The notes: a model not told the origin generated them from the sequence alone. Numbered from the stretch's first letter, positions 18,844-31,635 are shown. The stretch: DNA of 64,000 nucleotides from an uncultured Acidobacteriota bacterium (GCA_963822445.1 CAWGHO010000002.1:1152001-1216000), one strand, 5' to 3'. Program-made: numbers and translations.

Positions 18844-20349
18844 TTACTTTTCCTTCCACCGCAAAATCGGCTGTCTCGCGGCCCGCGCCTCATCCAGCCG
18901 GCGCACCGGCGTGGTGTGCGGCGCGCTGCGGACGAGCTCCGGGCGCTCCTGGGTCTCGCGGGCGATGGCGATCATCGCGTCGCAGAACGCGTCGAGCTCT
19001 TCCTTCGGCTCGCTCTCGGTGGGCTCGATCATCAGCGCTCCGGAGACGATCAGCGGGAAGTAGATCGTCGGCGGATGGAAGCCGTAGTCCATGAGCCGCT
19101 TGGCGATGTCGAGCGTGTGCACGTCCTTCGGCGACTGGAGCTTGTCCGAGAACACGACCTCGTGCAGCGACGGCGCGTCGTACGGCAGGTGATACGTGCC
19201 TTTGAGCCGCGCGCGGATGTAGTTCGCGTTGAGCACGGCGATCTGCGCAATGCGGCGCAGGCCGGTCGGACCCATCGAGCGCATGTACGTCAGGGCGCGC
19301 ACGAGCACGTTGAAGTTGCCGTTGAACGCGCGCATGCGGCCGATCGAGTCGGGGTGATTGAAGTCGGTGTAGAACGTTCCGTCTTCGTGGCGCTCGATGG
19401 TCGGCGTCGGCACGAACGGAATCAGGGCCTTGCTCACACCCACCGGTCCCGCGCCCGGCCCGCCCCCGCCGTGCGGCGTGGAGAAGGTTTTGTGCAGGTT
19501 CGAGTGGATGACGTCGATGCCCATGTCGCCGGGGCGGGCGATGCCGACGAACGAGTTGAGATTCGCGCCGTCGCAGTACAGATACGCACCCTTCGCGTGA
19601 AGGATGTCCGCCATCGCTTTGATCTCGGACTCGAACACGCCGAGGGTGTTCGGGACGGTGATCATCAGCGCGGCGCAGTCTTCGGTTACGGCGGCTTCGA
19701 GCGTCGACAGATCGACGGTGCCTTTGCTGTTCGACTTCAGTTCCTTGATCTCGTAACCCGCGAATGCTGCCGACGCGGGGTTGGTGCCGTGCGCCGAGTC
19801 GGGGATGAGGATGTACTTGCGCGCGTTGCCGCTCTTGGCGAGGGCCTTGTGCACCATGAGGATGCCGGTGAGCTCGCCGTGCGCGCCCGCGACGGGCTGC
19901 AGCGTCACCCGCGGCATGCCGAAGATCTCCTTCAGCGTCTGCTCGAGATGCCAGAGCAGCTCGAGATTGCCCTGCACCTGATGATCGGGCTGCAGCGGAT
20001 GCGACAGCGCGAAGCCGGGCGTGCGCGCGATCTCTTCGTTGATGCGCGGGTTGTGCTTCATCGTGCACGAGCCGAGCGGATACAGCCCGGCGTCGATGGA
20101 CATGTTCAGTTTCGAGAGGCGGGTGAAGTGGCGGATGACGTCCGCTTCGGAGACTTCCAGCTCACCGGCGATCTCGTCGCGGCGCATCGAGGCGGCGAGC
20201 AGATCGTCGAGCGGCTGCTCCGGGACATCGAGAGCGGGAAGCTGATAGCCGCGGCGGCCGGCTTTCGACCGCTCGAAGATCAGCGGCTCGAGGGCCGATT
20301 TCGGCGCGGTTTCTTTCTGTTCGGTGGGCGGTTCAACGATCGACGTCAT
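18844..20349 (-). CDS. gcvPB: Glycine dehydrogenase (decarboxylating) subunit 2
   Basis: YPLGSCTMKHNP, SAHGTNPASA, NLHKTFSTPHGGGGPG, MIEPTESE. Confidence 0.96.
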   Translation of the reverse strand: MTSIVEPPTEQKETAPKSALEPLIFERSKAGRRGYQLPALDVPEQPLDDLLAASMRRDEIAGELEVSEADVIRHFTRLSKLNMSIDAGLYPLGSCTMKHNPRINEEIARTPGFALSHPLQPDHQVQGNLELLWHLEQTLKEIFGMPRVTLQPVAGAHGELTGILMVHKALAKSGNARKYILIPDSAHGTNPASAAFAGYEIKELKSNSKGTVDLSTLEAAVTEDCAALMITVPNTLGVFESEIKAMADILHAKGAYLYCDGANLNSFVGIARPGDMGIDVIHSNLHKTFSTPHGGGGPGAGPVGVSKALIPFVPTPTIERHEDGTFYTDFNHPDSIGRMRAFNGNFNVLVRALTYMRSMGPTGLRRIAQIAVLNANYIRARLKGTYHLPYDAPSLHEVVFSDKLQSPKDVHTLDIAKRLMDYGFHPPTIYFPLIVSGALMIEPTESEPKEELDAFCDAMIAIARETQERPELVRSAPHTTPVRRLDEARAARQPILRWKEK

Positions 20350-20361
20350 CGGGGTTCCTCT

Positions 20362-20471
20362 CGTACGGCGGCCGTCCCGGCCGCTTCGCGACGGGCGTTC
20401 CGCCCGGCGCACTTCGGAGATGTCGCCGGGCGAGACGCCCGTCGATTTGCGGGCGGGACGCCCGCCGTACG
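20362..20471. repeat. Nested CGTC-type REP cluster
   Basis: Outer pair CGTACGGCGGCCGTCCCGGCCGC / GCGGGCGGGACGCCCGCCGTACG; inner pair CGACGGGCGTTCCGCCCGGCG / CGCCGGGCGAGACGCCCGTCG. Confidence 0.85.
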
Positions 20472-20473
20472 GC

Positions 20474-21871
20474 TCATCGGCGCTCCCGTGAGATTGCGGC
20501 GCTGAGCGCTGCGGCGTAGTGATCGAGCTGCTCCTTGGTGTGCAACTCGGTGACGGCGACGAGGAAGTCGCGGTCGGAATCGGGGAAGAACGTCGACAGG
20601 GGAATGCCGCCGAGGATCTTTTCGTGCTCGAGATCGGCGAGGATCGTCGCGGCCGGGAACGGCGTCCGTACGACGAACTCGTTGTAGAACGGGCCGTTCA
20701 TCGGGAACTCGACCGACTTGATGTCGCGCAGCTTTCCGCGAAGGTAATTCGCCTTCTGCAGGCATTGCGTACCGACCTCGCGCAGGCCTTCGCGGCCCAT
20801 CAGCGAGAGATACATGTTCGCGGCGAGGGCGATCAGTGCCTCGTTCGTGCAAATGTTGGAGGTCGCTTTCGCGCGGCGGATGTGCTGCTCGCGCGTTGCC
20901 AGGGTCAGCACGTACGCGCGCTTGCCGTCGACGTCGACCGTCTCGCCGACCAGCCGCCCGGGCATGTGGCGTTTGAGGTGATCGCGCACGACCATGAAGC
21001 CGACGTACGGCCCGCCGAACTGCGGCGGCACACCCCAGGCCTGGCCCTCACCGACGCAGATGTCGAAGCCGTGCTGGCCGGGAGGCGTGAGCACGCCGAA
21101 CGACGTCGCTTCGGTGACGACGGAGATGCGGGTGATGTCCGGCGTGGCCTTGGCGACTGCGTCGTAGTCTTCGATCACGCCGAAGAAGTTCGGCGACTGC
21201 ACGGCGATGCCGAAGACCTGATCGTCGATGGCGCGATGAAGCGCGTCCATGTCGATGCGTCCGTCTTCGCGCCAGCCGACTTCGACGATCTCGATGCCGA
21301 GGTTCTGGATGTAGGTGCGAACGGTGGCCAGGTAGTGCGGATGAATGGACTTCGCCAGGATGATCTTGTTCTTGTTCTTCGCCACGCGGTCGGCGAGCAG
21401 CACCGCTTCGCACAGCGCCGTCGATCCGTCGTACAGCGACGCGTTCGCGACGTCGAGCCCGGTGAGCAGGCACTGGTGGGTCTGATACTCGAAGATCGAC
21501 TGCAGCGTCCCCTGCGAAACCTCGGGCTGATACGGCGTGTACGCGGTCAGGAACTCACCGCGAAGGAGCAGCTGATCGATGCACGCGGGCTGGTAGTGGT
21601 GATACGCGCCGCCGCCGAGGAATGAGGCGTGATCGACGGCGGTGACGTTGCGGGCGGCGAGGCCGCGGAACCAGCGCCGGCTCTCGATCTCCGACCAGGG
21701 GCCGGGGATGTTCAGCAGGCTATCGAGCTTGACGTTCTGCGGCAGCGAGTCGAACAGCCGATCGATCGAGTCGACGCCGATGACCGCGAGCATCTCGCGG
21801 ATGTCCTCGCCGGCGTTGGGGATGTAGCGGTGGGAGTTGGATGGGTCGGTGGGATCGGGAAGATTGGTCAT
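20474..21871 (-). CDS. gcvPA: Glycine dehydrogenase (decarboxylating) subunit 1
   Basis: YTPYQPEVSQGTLQ, NASLYDG, TREQHIRRAKATSNICTN. Confidence 0.96.
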   Translation of the reverse strand: MTNLPDPTDPSNSHRYIPNAGEDIREMLAVIGVDSIDRLFDSLPQNVKLDSLLNIPGPWSEIESRRWFRGLAARNVTAVDHASFLGGGAYHHYQPACIDQLLLRGEFLTAYTPYQPEVSQGTLQSIFEYQTHQCLLTGLDVANASLYDGSTALCEAVLLADRVAKNKNKIILAKSIHPHYLATVRTYIQNLGIEIVEVGWREDGRIDMDALHRAIDDQVFGIAVQSPNFFGVIEDYDAVAKATPDITRISVVTEATSFGVLTPPGQHGFDICVGEGQAWGVPPQFGGPYVGFMVVRDHLKRHMPGRLVGETVDVDGKRAYVLTLATREQHIRRAKATSNICTNEALIALAANMYLSLMGREGLREVGTQCLQKANYLRGKLRDIKSVEFPMNGPFYNEFVVRTPFPAATILADLEHEKILGGIPLSTFFPDSDRDFLVAVTELHTKEQLDHYAAALSAAISRERR

Positions 21872-21882
21872 CGCAGGCGACG

Positions 21883-22284
21883 TCAGTGTCCCGCTTCTTT
21901 TTCGAGAAACTCGTCGTACTCCTCGGCGCTCATCAGGTCGTCGTGCTCGGTGTGGTCCTTGACGCGGATCTTGACGAGCCAGCCGTCGCCGTATGCGTCG
22001 TTGTTCACGAGCTCGGGGCGGTCCGTCAGGGCCTCGTTGATCTCGATCACTTCCCCGGAGACGGGGGCGAAGAGATCGGAGACGGCTTTCACCGATTCGA
22101 TCGTGCCCATCTCTTCGTTGGCGTCGAGCTGCGTGCCGACCTGGGGAAGCTCGACCGCGACGACGTCGCCGAGCTCCTTCTGGGCGTGATCGCTGATGCC
22201 GATCGTGGCCACGTCCCCTTCGAGATGCGCGTACTCGTGCGTCTTGGCGTAACGGTTGTCTTCAGGAATGGACGTGGCAGCCAT
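21883..22284 (-). CDS. gcvH: Glycine cleavage system H protein
   Basis: IGISDHAQKELGD, lipoyl motif IESVKAVSD. Confidence 0.97.
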   Translation of the reverse strand: MAATSIPEDNRYAKTHEYAHLEGDVATIGISDHAQKELGDVVAVELPQVGTQLDANEEMGTIESVKAVSDLFAPVSGEVIEINEALTDRPELVNNDAYGDGWLVKIRVKDHTEHDDLMSAEEYDEFLEKEAGH

Positions 22285-22313
22285 CGGATACTCCTCCGGG
22301 GCGGGGCATCCCG

Positions 22314-23405
22314 CTATTTCGCTCGTTTGTAGAAAGGTGTTGGAACGACCCGGGCCCGGGCTTCTTTTCCGCGGACAAGAATCGTGAACTCGTTGCCCTG
22401 GCCCGATTTGTCGAGCGGAAGATATGCGAGGCCGATCGCTTTTTTCAATGTCGGCGAGTGCGTGCCGCTGGTGACCACGCCGACCTCTTCCGAGCCGTCG
22501 ACGACCGGGAAACCATGACGGGCGATGGCCTTGTCGATCATCTCGAAGCCGACCAGCTTCCGCGGAGGCCCCTGGTCCTTCTCCCGCGCCAGCACGTCGC
22601 GGCCCGCGAAATCACCCTTGTCGAGCTTCACGATCCAGGCGAGATCGGCCTGAATCGGGGTGGTCGTGTCGTCGATGTCGTTGCCGTACAGAGCCATCTT
22701 CGCTTCGAGGCGGAGCGTGTCCCGGGCGCCGAGGCCGCAGGGCTTCACGCCCCTGGCGACGAGCTTCTTCATGATCCTCGGCGCGTCGTCGGGTGAGACG
22801 TAGATCTCGAAGCCGTCCTCGCCGGTGTAGCCGGTGCGGGAAACGATCGCCTTCGCGCCGTCGACGGTGCCCTGATCGAAGCGGTAGTACTTGATTGCGG
22901 GCAGATTCACATCGGTCATCGTCTGCAGAACCCGCTCGGCCTCCGGACCCTGAATCGCGAGCTGCGCGTAATCCGCGCTGACGTTCTTCACCTCGACGTC
23001 GAGGCCCGTGGCTGCATCGCGGAGCCATTCGAAGTCTTTTTCGGTGTTCGAGGCGTTGACCACGACGAAGTAATCATCGGCGGACATTCGGTAAATCAGG
23101 ATGTCGTCGACGAAGCCGCCGTTCGGATAGAGCAGGCCGTTGTACTGGGCGCGGCCGTCTTCGAGCTTCGAGACGTCGTTGCAGGTCGCTTTCTGCAGAA
23201 GCTCGACCGCGTCTTTGCCGCGAACGATGACCTCGCCCATGTGCGAGACGTCGAACACGCCGACTTTCGTGCGCACGGCCTCGTGCTCGTCGAGAATCCC
23301 GCTGTACTGCACCGGCAGCTCCCAGCCGCCGAAGTCGACCATGCGGCCGCCGAGGTCCTTTTCCGTCTGATTGAGCGGGGTTTTCTTGAGGGTTACGTCA
23401 GACAT
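22314..23405 (-). CDS. gcvT: Glycine cleavage system aminomethyltransferase T
   Basis: FGGWELPVQY, FDVSHMG, SRTGYTGEDGFE, GLGARDTLRLEA. Confidence 0.97.
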   Translation of the reverse strand: MSDVTLKKTPLNQTEKDLGGRMVDFGGWELPVQYSGILDEHEAVRTKVGVFDVSHMGEVIVRGKDAVELLQKATCNDVSKLEDGRAQYNGLLYPNGGFVDDILIYRMSADDYFVVVNASNTEKDFEWLRDAATGLDVEVKNVSADYAQLAIQGPEAERVLQTMTDVNLPAIKYYRFDQGTVDGAKAIVSRTGYTGEDGFEIYVSPDDAPRIMKKLVARGVKPCGLGARDTLRLEAKMALYGNDIDDTTTPIQADLAWIVKLDKGDFAGRDVLAREKDQGPPRKLVGFEMIDKAIARHGFPVVDGSEEVGVVTSGTHSPTLKKAIGLAYLPLDKSGQGNEFTILVRGKEARARVVPTPFYKRAK

Positions 23406-23424
23406 GAGGGCGTAACGTAGCACA

Positions 23425-24336
23425 ATGGTTGCCGTGACCAACGAGATCGGCCAGTTCCTCGATTACCTGACTTACGAGCGGAACGTTTCGGGCAACACCA
23501 TCAGCGCGTATCGCGACGATCTCGAGTCCTTCATCGGCTTTCTCTGCAACGACTACTTCACCATGGGGCGCGATCAGATCGAGCTGCGCCGCATCGATCA
23601 TCTGGCCGTCCGCTCGTATCTCGCGCATCTGTCCCGCCGCAAGCTCGCGCGGGCGTCCGTGGCCCGGCATCTGTCGGCATTGCGGTCGTTTTTCAAGTAC
23701 CTGGTTCGGGAAGGAGTGGTCGAGGCCAATCCGGCGCGAACGGTTTCTTCGCCGAAGCGCGAGAAGCACCTGCCGTCGGTGATGCAGCCCGCGGATGTGA
23801 CCCTGTTGCTCGAACAGCCCGACACCTCGACGACGCTCGGCATTCGCGACGCAGCCTGGATGGAGTTGCTGTACGCATCCGGATTGCGCATCAGCGAGCT
23901 GGTGGGCATCGACGTCGACGACCTCGAATTGCGCTCGCGGCTGGTCAAAGTGCACGGCAAGGGATCGAAAGAGCGGATCGTGCCGTTCGGGTCGAATGCG
24001 GAGGAGGCGGTGCGCGCGTACCTGGCGGTTCGTGGCGAGATCTGTCGCGATGTCGATGAGCAGGCCGTGTTCGTGAACTATCGCGGGCAGCGCATCACGA
24101 CGCGAAGCGTGCGGCGCCTCTTCGACGGATACCTGCGAAAGGCCGCCCTGCGAGTGGGCATCTCGCCGCACACCATGCGCCATTCGTTCGCCACGCATCT
24201 GCTGAACGCCGGAGCGGATTTGCGCGGGATTCAGGAGCTGCTCGGGCATGCTTCGCTGTCCACGACGCAGAAGTACACCCACCTCAATGACTGGCAGCTG
24301 ATCGCGGTGTACAAGAAAGCGCATCCGAGGGCGTAG
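23425..24336 (+). CDS. xerC: Tyrosine recombinase XerC
   Basis: LYASGLRISEL, GKGSKER, SPHTMRHSFATHLL, ELLGHASLSTTQKYTH. Confidence 0.9.
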   Translation: MVAVTNEIGQFLDYLTYERNVSGNTISAYRDDLESFIGFLCNDYFTMGRDQIELRRIDHLAVRSYLAHLSRRKLARASVARHLSALRSFFKYLVREGVVEANPARTVSSPKREKHLPSVMQPADVTLLLEQPDTSTTLGIRDAAWMELLYASGLRISELVGIDVDDLELRSRLVKVHGKGSKERIVPFGSNAEEAVRAYLAVRGEICRDVDEQAVFVNYRGQRITTRSVRRLFDGYLRKAALRVGISPHTMRHSFATHLLNAGADLRGIQELLGHASLSTTQKYTHLNDWQLIAVYKKAHPRA

Positions 24337-24432
24337 TAGGCGGTAGGCAGTAGGCGGTACGCCGCTTCGCGGCTCGCAGGAGGCCGCCACCCATCCACGA
24401 TGACGTCCCTCCCGCCTACCGCCTACCGCCTA
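24333..24432. repeat. Inverted 7-nt tandem repeat element (GTAGGCG-type)
   Basis: GTAGGCGGTAGGCAGTAGGCG ... CGCCTACCGCCTACCGCCTAC. Confidence 0.85.
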
Positions 24433-24443
24433 CAATCCCCCTC

Positions 24444-26288
24444 GTGATCCGCGCCATCGTCCACCACGGCTTCGTCGGCGAAGCCATCGAGTACTTCGCC
24501 GTGGTGGCAGGCCCGGACGTCGATCGCCGCTTCTTTTTCGAGCAGATCAACGCCCAGCGCGGGGACGTGGTGCGCTACTTCGGCGGCAATTCCGAGATCG
24601 TCCTCAATCCCGAAGGCGTGCGGTTCCGCGGGAACGGCGGGATCTTCGGCGAGTACATGTTCGGCGGGCATCTGCCGGTCGGCGATCTACTCAACGAACA
24701 GGTCGTCAATCGGCTGATCCTCTTCGGCACGACCATCGAGCCCCGCACGCACGAGCTGCGCTTCACCACGCACACGGACGGCTTCGAGACCTGGGACAAC
24801 CTCTTCCTGCAGGGCAACGCCGTGGCGAACTACTTCTTCTTCATCGACGACCGCAAGCGGATGCGCGACGTCGGCGATCGCCAGGAACAGACCCTCAAGA
24901 GCGTCGGGAAGCTGCTCAAACGCTCGCGCAAAGTCGGCGCGGGGCAGTTCCTCGCGCTCGCGCACGAGTTTCTGGAAACGCTCAAAGAGCCCGAGTCGAC
25001 GGTGGTGATCGTCCGGGCGGTTCATCGCGCGAATCAGCAGCTGGCCGACCTTTGCCAGAAGGCCTACGCGTCGGCGAAATCGCTCGAAGACGTCTCCGCG
25101 GCCCTCGTCGACCTCGACATCGAGCCGTACCAGCGCGAGCGCATTCAGATCGACGTCATCTACCGCCATCCCGACAATCAGGAGCTGATCGACGAGTACA
25201 AGCGCATCCTCGCGTCGTGCGCGGGCTCGGTCATCGACTCGTCCGCGCGGGCGCGGCTGATGCGCCTGCGCACGCTTTCGCTGCGCAACGAAGTGCCGCT
25301 CTCGATCTTCGACAACCTCGAGGAGATCGTGCTGCAGGAGCCGCGGGGAGTCGTAGCGAAACACGACGAGCCCGAATACATTCAATCCACCCGCGAGATC
25401 CTCGGCGGCTTCCTTCTCGGCCGCAACATCACCCGCAAGCTCTCCTCGCTCGACCTGGTGCAGCTCATGGAGAACAAGCAGAAGGCCGCCGCGAATCGCG
25501 ATCAGACCTTCGAAGAGCTGCTGCTCGAGACCGGCCGGCTGATCGACGAGATCGGCCGCGAGGAAGAGGACTTCGAGCGCCTGGAATCCTTCGGCGAGCT
25601 GGTGACGCTCTTCGATCGCATCGATCACACGACCACGCTGATCAACAAGCTCGCGTTCATGGACGACATCGAGATGACCCAGGAGCAGATCCGCTCGCTC
25701 CTCGGCAACATGCAGGTCTTTGAGAAGCTGCAGCGCGGCCTCTTTCAGCAGCTCTTCATCGACCCGGTCGTGAACAACGAATACGCGCTGGCCTACGGGA
25801 AGAAGAAGCTCTACTCGCTGACACTCGGCCTGATCTCGATCGAGAACAACGAAGAGTCGATCGCGGGCGTGGTGGAATCGATCGTGGCCATCAATCGGCA
25901 CGAGCGCGCGTACTTTGCCGCCTACAACCTCGCCCGCCGGCGCATGGCCAACTTCTACCTCGAGCTGAACACAGCGGAAGGCCGCGAGACGTTCCGCCGC
26001 GAGATCAAGGCGGAGATCGCGCACGACCCGGAGCTGCACGAGCTTCGCGAACAGGTCACCGAGGGCTTGCTCGAAGAGGTGATCAACAAGATCCGCCTCG
26101 AGGCGTTCTACATCAATCAACTGCTGCCGAAGATCGTCGAGGACCAGGACGCGCGGATGCGCGAGGACTTCCTGTCCAACTCCGGCCTCGATCGCTTCCA
26201 GGTCGAAGAGCTGGAGAGCGAGTACTTCGAGATGAGGTCGTTCCCGCCGCAGTTGCTCGATGTGATTCAGCGGCCTTCTCTGCCCTGA
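24444..26288 (+). CDS. Conserved hypothetical protein, TIGR04442-like
   Basis: 614 aa with strong coding bias; N-terminal IEYFAVVAG...GGIFGEYMFG...NRLILFG and C-terminal FLSNSGLDRFQVEELE resemble TIGR04442 as I recall it. Confidence 0.6.
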   Translation: MIRAIVHHGFVGEAIEYFAVVAGPDVDRRFFFEQINAQRGDVVRYFGGNSEIVLNPEGVRFRGNGGIFGEYMFGGHLPVGDLLNEQVVNRLILFGTTIEPRTHELRFTTHTDGFETWDNLFLQGNAVANYFFFIDDRKRMRDVGDRQEQTLKSVGKLLKRSRKVGAGQFLALAHEFLETLKEPESTVVIVRAVHRANQQLADLCQKAYASAKSLEDVSAALVDLDIEPYQRERIQIDVIYRHPDNQELIDEYKRILASCAGSVIDSSARARLMRLRTLSLRNEVPLSIFDNLEEIVLQEPRGVVAKHDEPEYIQSTREILGGFLLGRNITRKLSSLDLVQLMENKQKAAANRDQTFEELLLETGRLIDEIGREEEDFERLESFGELVTLFDRIDHTTTLINKLAFMDDIEMTQEQIRSLLGNMQVFEKLQRGLFQQLFIDPVVNNEYALAYGKKKLYSLTLGLISIENNEESIAGVVESIVAINRHERAYFAAYNLARRRMANFYLELNTAEGRETFRREIKAEIAHDPELHELREQVTEGLLEEVINKIRLEAFYINQLLPKIVEDQDARMREDFLSNSGLDRFQVEELESEYFEMRSFPPQLLDVIQRPSLP

Positions 26289-26318
26289 AGCGAGAGCGCA
26301 AGGATAGAGTTTGAACCC

Positions 26319-28304
<1,986 letters not shown>

Positions 28305-28318
<14 letters not shown>

Positions 28319-30377
28319 CCGCGTCCCTGAACTCCGGCCACTTCACCATCCGCCCCGGAATGCGCGAGCGCGGCAGCGCGAGCAGCTCGCGTTCTTCATG
28401 CGGCGCCGGAGCGCGATCGAGCAGCGCCGCGAACGCGTTCTTCAGAAACACGCGGTCGTTCTGACAATCGGGTCCCCAGGTCACGGTTTCCGCGAGATTC
28501 TCGAGCCTCACCTCGCCGCTTTCCAGTCGCGGCCAGACCGTTTCGGGATGAAATCCGAGGCGGGCGATGAGCGGGACCACGGCCTCGCGATCGAGACGCT
28601 CCGGCGGGAAGTTCGTCTTCGAGTTGCGCCACGCCGTCTTTGCGTCGATCAAAGCCGGGAGACGAACGAGTGGCTCGCCGATGTCGATGTCCGCGAACGC
28701 GGCGGCGAGAGCGCGCTGATCGGCGGCGCCGGGAACGCGGACGAAGTCGAAGTCGAACGCCAGCGTGTTCACGCCGTCGATCCAGAGTCGCGCCGGTGCG
28801 TTGAACGACTGTTCGCTCCATTCATGCGGAAGGGCGAGCTCGCCGAGCGCGTGACCGTTGAGCGACACGCGCATGGTCTGTCCCGCGGCGACGGGAAGCA
28901 CGCGCATGCGGATGACGTCGTCGCGCGAGCTCCATCGCGGCATGGTGATCGTCGCCCGTTCCGCGGTCGCCCAGCGGAAATCGCGTTCCGGGTCGCCCCA
29001 ACCCTCGCTGTGAAACCAGGTCGCGTTGCCGTCGATCTCCGGCGTCGCGTAGTGCAGCCGGAAGTTCTCCAGCGATGACGCGAGGACGACCGGATAGCCG
29101 CACATCCAGTTGCGCGATTCCGGCTCTGAAGTGAAACCGGCTGTGACGAGCCACGACGCGCGATTGGTCCGGCGCTGCACGTCCGCAACCTCCGCCGCGA
29201 AAATGTGGACGACCTTCACCCGCGGCGGCAATCGCATCAGGTAGTAGCGAAGCGAGACCTCGGACCACGGCTCGGCGGCGATCACCAGATCGCCTGGCTT
29301 CGAGTGATTCCAGATCGTCAGCGCGATCTGCCGCCAGTCGAGTTTCTGAAAGGAATCGTTCCGCGCTGCAGCCCACGTTTGCGACGCGATGACCCCCGCA
29401 ACGAGCACGGCCAGCCACTCCCGTCGCACGATCGCGGAGATTCCAACGGCCGCGAGCAGCACGAATCCGATCAATGCCGGCGTGACGTAGCGCGCCGCGA
29501 AAAAGTGGTCGAACACGCGCAGGGAAGCGATGGCGATGACCAGCGGCAGCACGGTCATCCCGATCAACACGATGGCCTCCGTCGGCTGCCGGCGAGCGAT
29601 GACGACTGCACCGACTATCGCGAAGATAAGCATCGCCACGGCAACGCGTCCGCCGACGGACATGCCCAGCGCGGAAACGGTGAAGGTTCGGAGCAGCGGA
29701 TCGAAGAAATCCGAGCTGAGGCCTGGAAACCCGGGCCACGCGGCGTCCTCGACGGGGTTTGCGGCATAAACGACGCGGAACAGAACGAGTGTCACCGCCG
29801 ACGCGGCCGCGGCGCGCCAATACCAGCGCTCACGCGTTCGCAGCGCGCACAACACGGCGACGATGAATGCCGACGCGACGACCGGCGCGGCCACCGCGGC
29901 GGTGTAGAGCATCGCCACGAGAATGGCGCACAACGCGCTGAACCATTTCGCGCGCAACAGCACCAACACCAGCGCGGCCGTCAGGAACATCAGCAGCGCA
30001 TATCCGCGGGCTTCGCGGCTGTAATAAACGTGCAGTGGCGAAACGGCGAGAAGGATGGCCGCGGCGCGCGTCGATTTCGATGCGAACCAGACCAGGGGAA
30101 TGGTCGCGACGCCGAACAGCGCCGCCGCCGAACGGCCCGCGGCTTCGCTCGTCCCGAACAGCCGCGTCGCCAGTTGCGTCAGGTAGTACAGGCTGCCGTG
30201 CTCGTCGTGCAGCGACGTGATCCAACGCCACCAGACCTGCTCGCCCGCGCGCGTCGTCAGTTCCTGATGAAGGATCTCGTCGAGCCAGTAACTCGGTTCG
30301 CCGAGCGCGTCGAAACGGAGAAACGCGGCTACGCCCACGATGGCGGCCAGCAGCACCCAGCGAGCGGCGGCGGTCAC
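28305..30377 (-). CDS. GT-C/PMT-like (family 39) membrane glycosyltransferase
   Basis: SYWLDE loop motif, SPLHVYYSREARGY, multiple TM helices, C-terminal periplasmic domains. Confidence 0.8.
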
Positions 30378-31588
30378 GGACTCTTCGGCGCGACTACCCA
30401 ATCGGTCCAGACCCGCGCGCTCTCGTTGCCGCTCTTGTCGATGGCCGTGACGGCGTAGCGGTAGGCGATGCCGAGGGCCACTCTCACATCGACGAAGTCG
30501 GTGGCTGTGAAGATCTGGCCGCCCTCGATGGGAATCGTCCCGACATCCTTGATCTCAGCCCCATGCCCAGCCCCCTCGGCACGATAGAGCTTGTAGCCGG
30601 CCAGGTCCGCCGCCTCGACCGCGGGCCAGATCAGGCGCACCGCTTTCGTTTCGATGAGCGGAGTGAGCGACGCCGGAGCGGGAGGCGGAACGAGATCGCG
30701 GAACGTCGCCTTCACCGGCAACGACATCTCGCTCTGCAGCAGCGGCGGTCCGGCGTTGCCGACGGCGGTGATCCGGTACTCATGCTCGCCGTACGGCGGA
30801 ACGTCGGTGAAGGACGTCTCGGTAATCAGGCCCGCGTTTACGGGCTGGGCGAAATCGGGAACGGGCTCGCCGGGGGCGGCGCGGTAGATGTTGTAGCCGG
30901 CGATGATCGGCGGGTCCTGCGTGACCGACGTCGATGGCGCGGTCCAGGTGATCTTCACCCCTTCGGCCACTGGTGTCGCGACCCCGTCTTTCGGCGGCGC
31001 GGCGACGGGGAGCGGAACCAGCGAGACCATGTTCGAGATCTCGCTCTTCGCGGTCTTCCCGATGGTGACCAGCGCATACGTGACGCGCACCGGGCGGCCG
31101 TCCTGGGCGCGGAAAGGGGGGTTGTCGGCGTAGTAGAGCTTCGCGCCGGCGGTCGCGGCCGCCAGATTGGCCTTGTCTATGCTCTCTACCTCGCTGCTGA
31201 GCTTCGCAAACTGGGCCTGCGGGATCGTCGGAATCTTCGCGAACAACGCAACCGCCTGCGGCACCGACGGATCGGCGTTGCCGGGCTGCATGCTGTCGGG
31301 ATCGCGGCCGCCGGCCGGGACGGGAAGCTCTTCGACGTAGCGGTAGACGACGATGCGCTCGATCTCGGTGAGACTGCGGCCGGCCGTCGTCAGCGAGGGA
31401 TAGCTCCACGACAGAATCACCTGGCCGGCGCGCTGTGCTACAACGAGGTCGCTCGTCGCCTGCGGGATGACCGGAACGGGCGGTCGTGGATCGCCGCGTT
31501 TGCCACAGAAGAGGGTTGCGACGAACAGTAGCGCCAGGAGGCGCTTCGATTGATGATTGATGAATGATGATTGATGACTCGGGATCAC
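30374..31588 (-). CDS. Fibronectin type III domain lipoprotein
   Basis: Lipobox-like [13 protein letters not shown]; FN3 motifs [21 protein letters not shown]. Start uncertain because it lies in a repeat. Confidence 0.8.
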   Translation of the reverse strand: MIPSHQSSFINHQSKRLLALLFVATLFCGKRGDPRPPVPVIPQATSDLVVAQRAGQVILSWSYPSLTTAGRSLTEIERIVVYRYVEELPVPAGGRDPDSMQPGNADPSVPQAVALFAKIPTIPQAQFAKLSSEVESIDKANLAAATAGAKLYYADNPPFRAQDGRPVRVTYALVTIGKTAKSEISNMVSLVPLPVAAPPKDGVATPVAEGVKITWTAPSTSVTQDPPIIAGYNIYRAAPGEPVPDFAQPVNAGLITETSFTDVPPYGEHEYRITAVGNAGPPLLQSEMSLPVKATFRDLVPPPAPASLTPLIETKAVRLIWPAVEAADLAGYKLYRAEGAGHGAEIKDVGTIPIEGGQIFTATDFVDVRVALGIAYRYAVTAIDKSGNESARVWTDWVVAPKSP

Positions 31589-31619
31589 TCATCGATCATC
31601 ACTCATCACTCATCAATCG
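31548..31619. repeat. Inverted 7-nt tandem repeat element (GATTGAT-type)
   Basis: GATTGATGATTGATGAATGATGATTGATGA ... TCATCGATCATCACTCATCACTCATCAATC between divergent genes. Confidence 0.8.
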
Positions 31620-31635
31620 CCAAGGACGACAAACC

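Noticed and set aside
23425-24336. Phage or island integrase
   Set aside because: Length and motifs fit chromosomal XerC; housekeeping context and no att sites.
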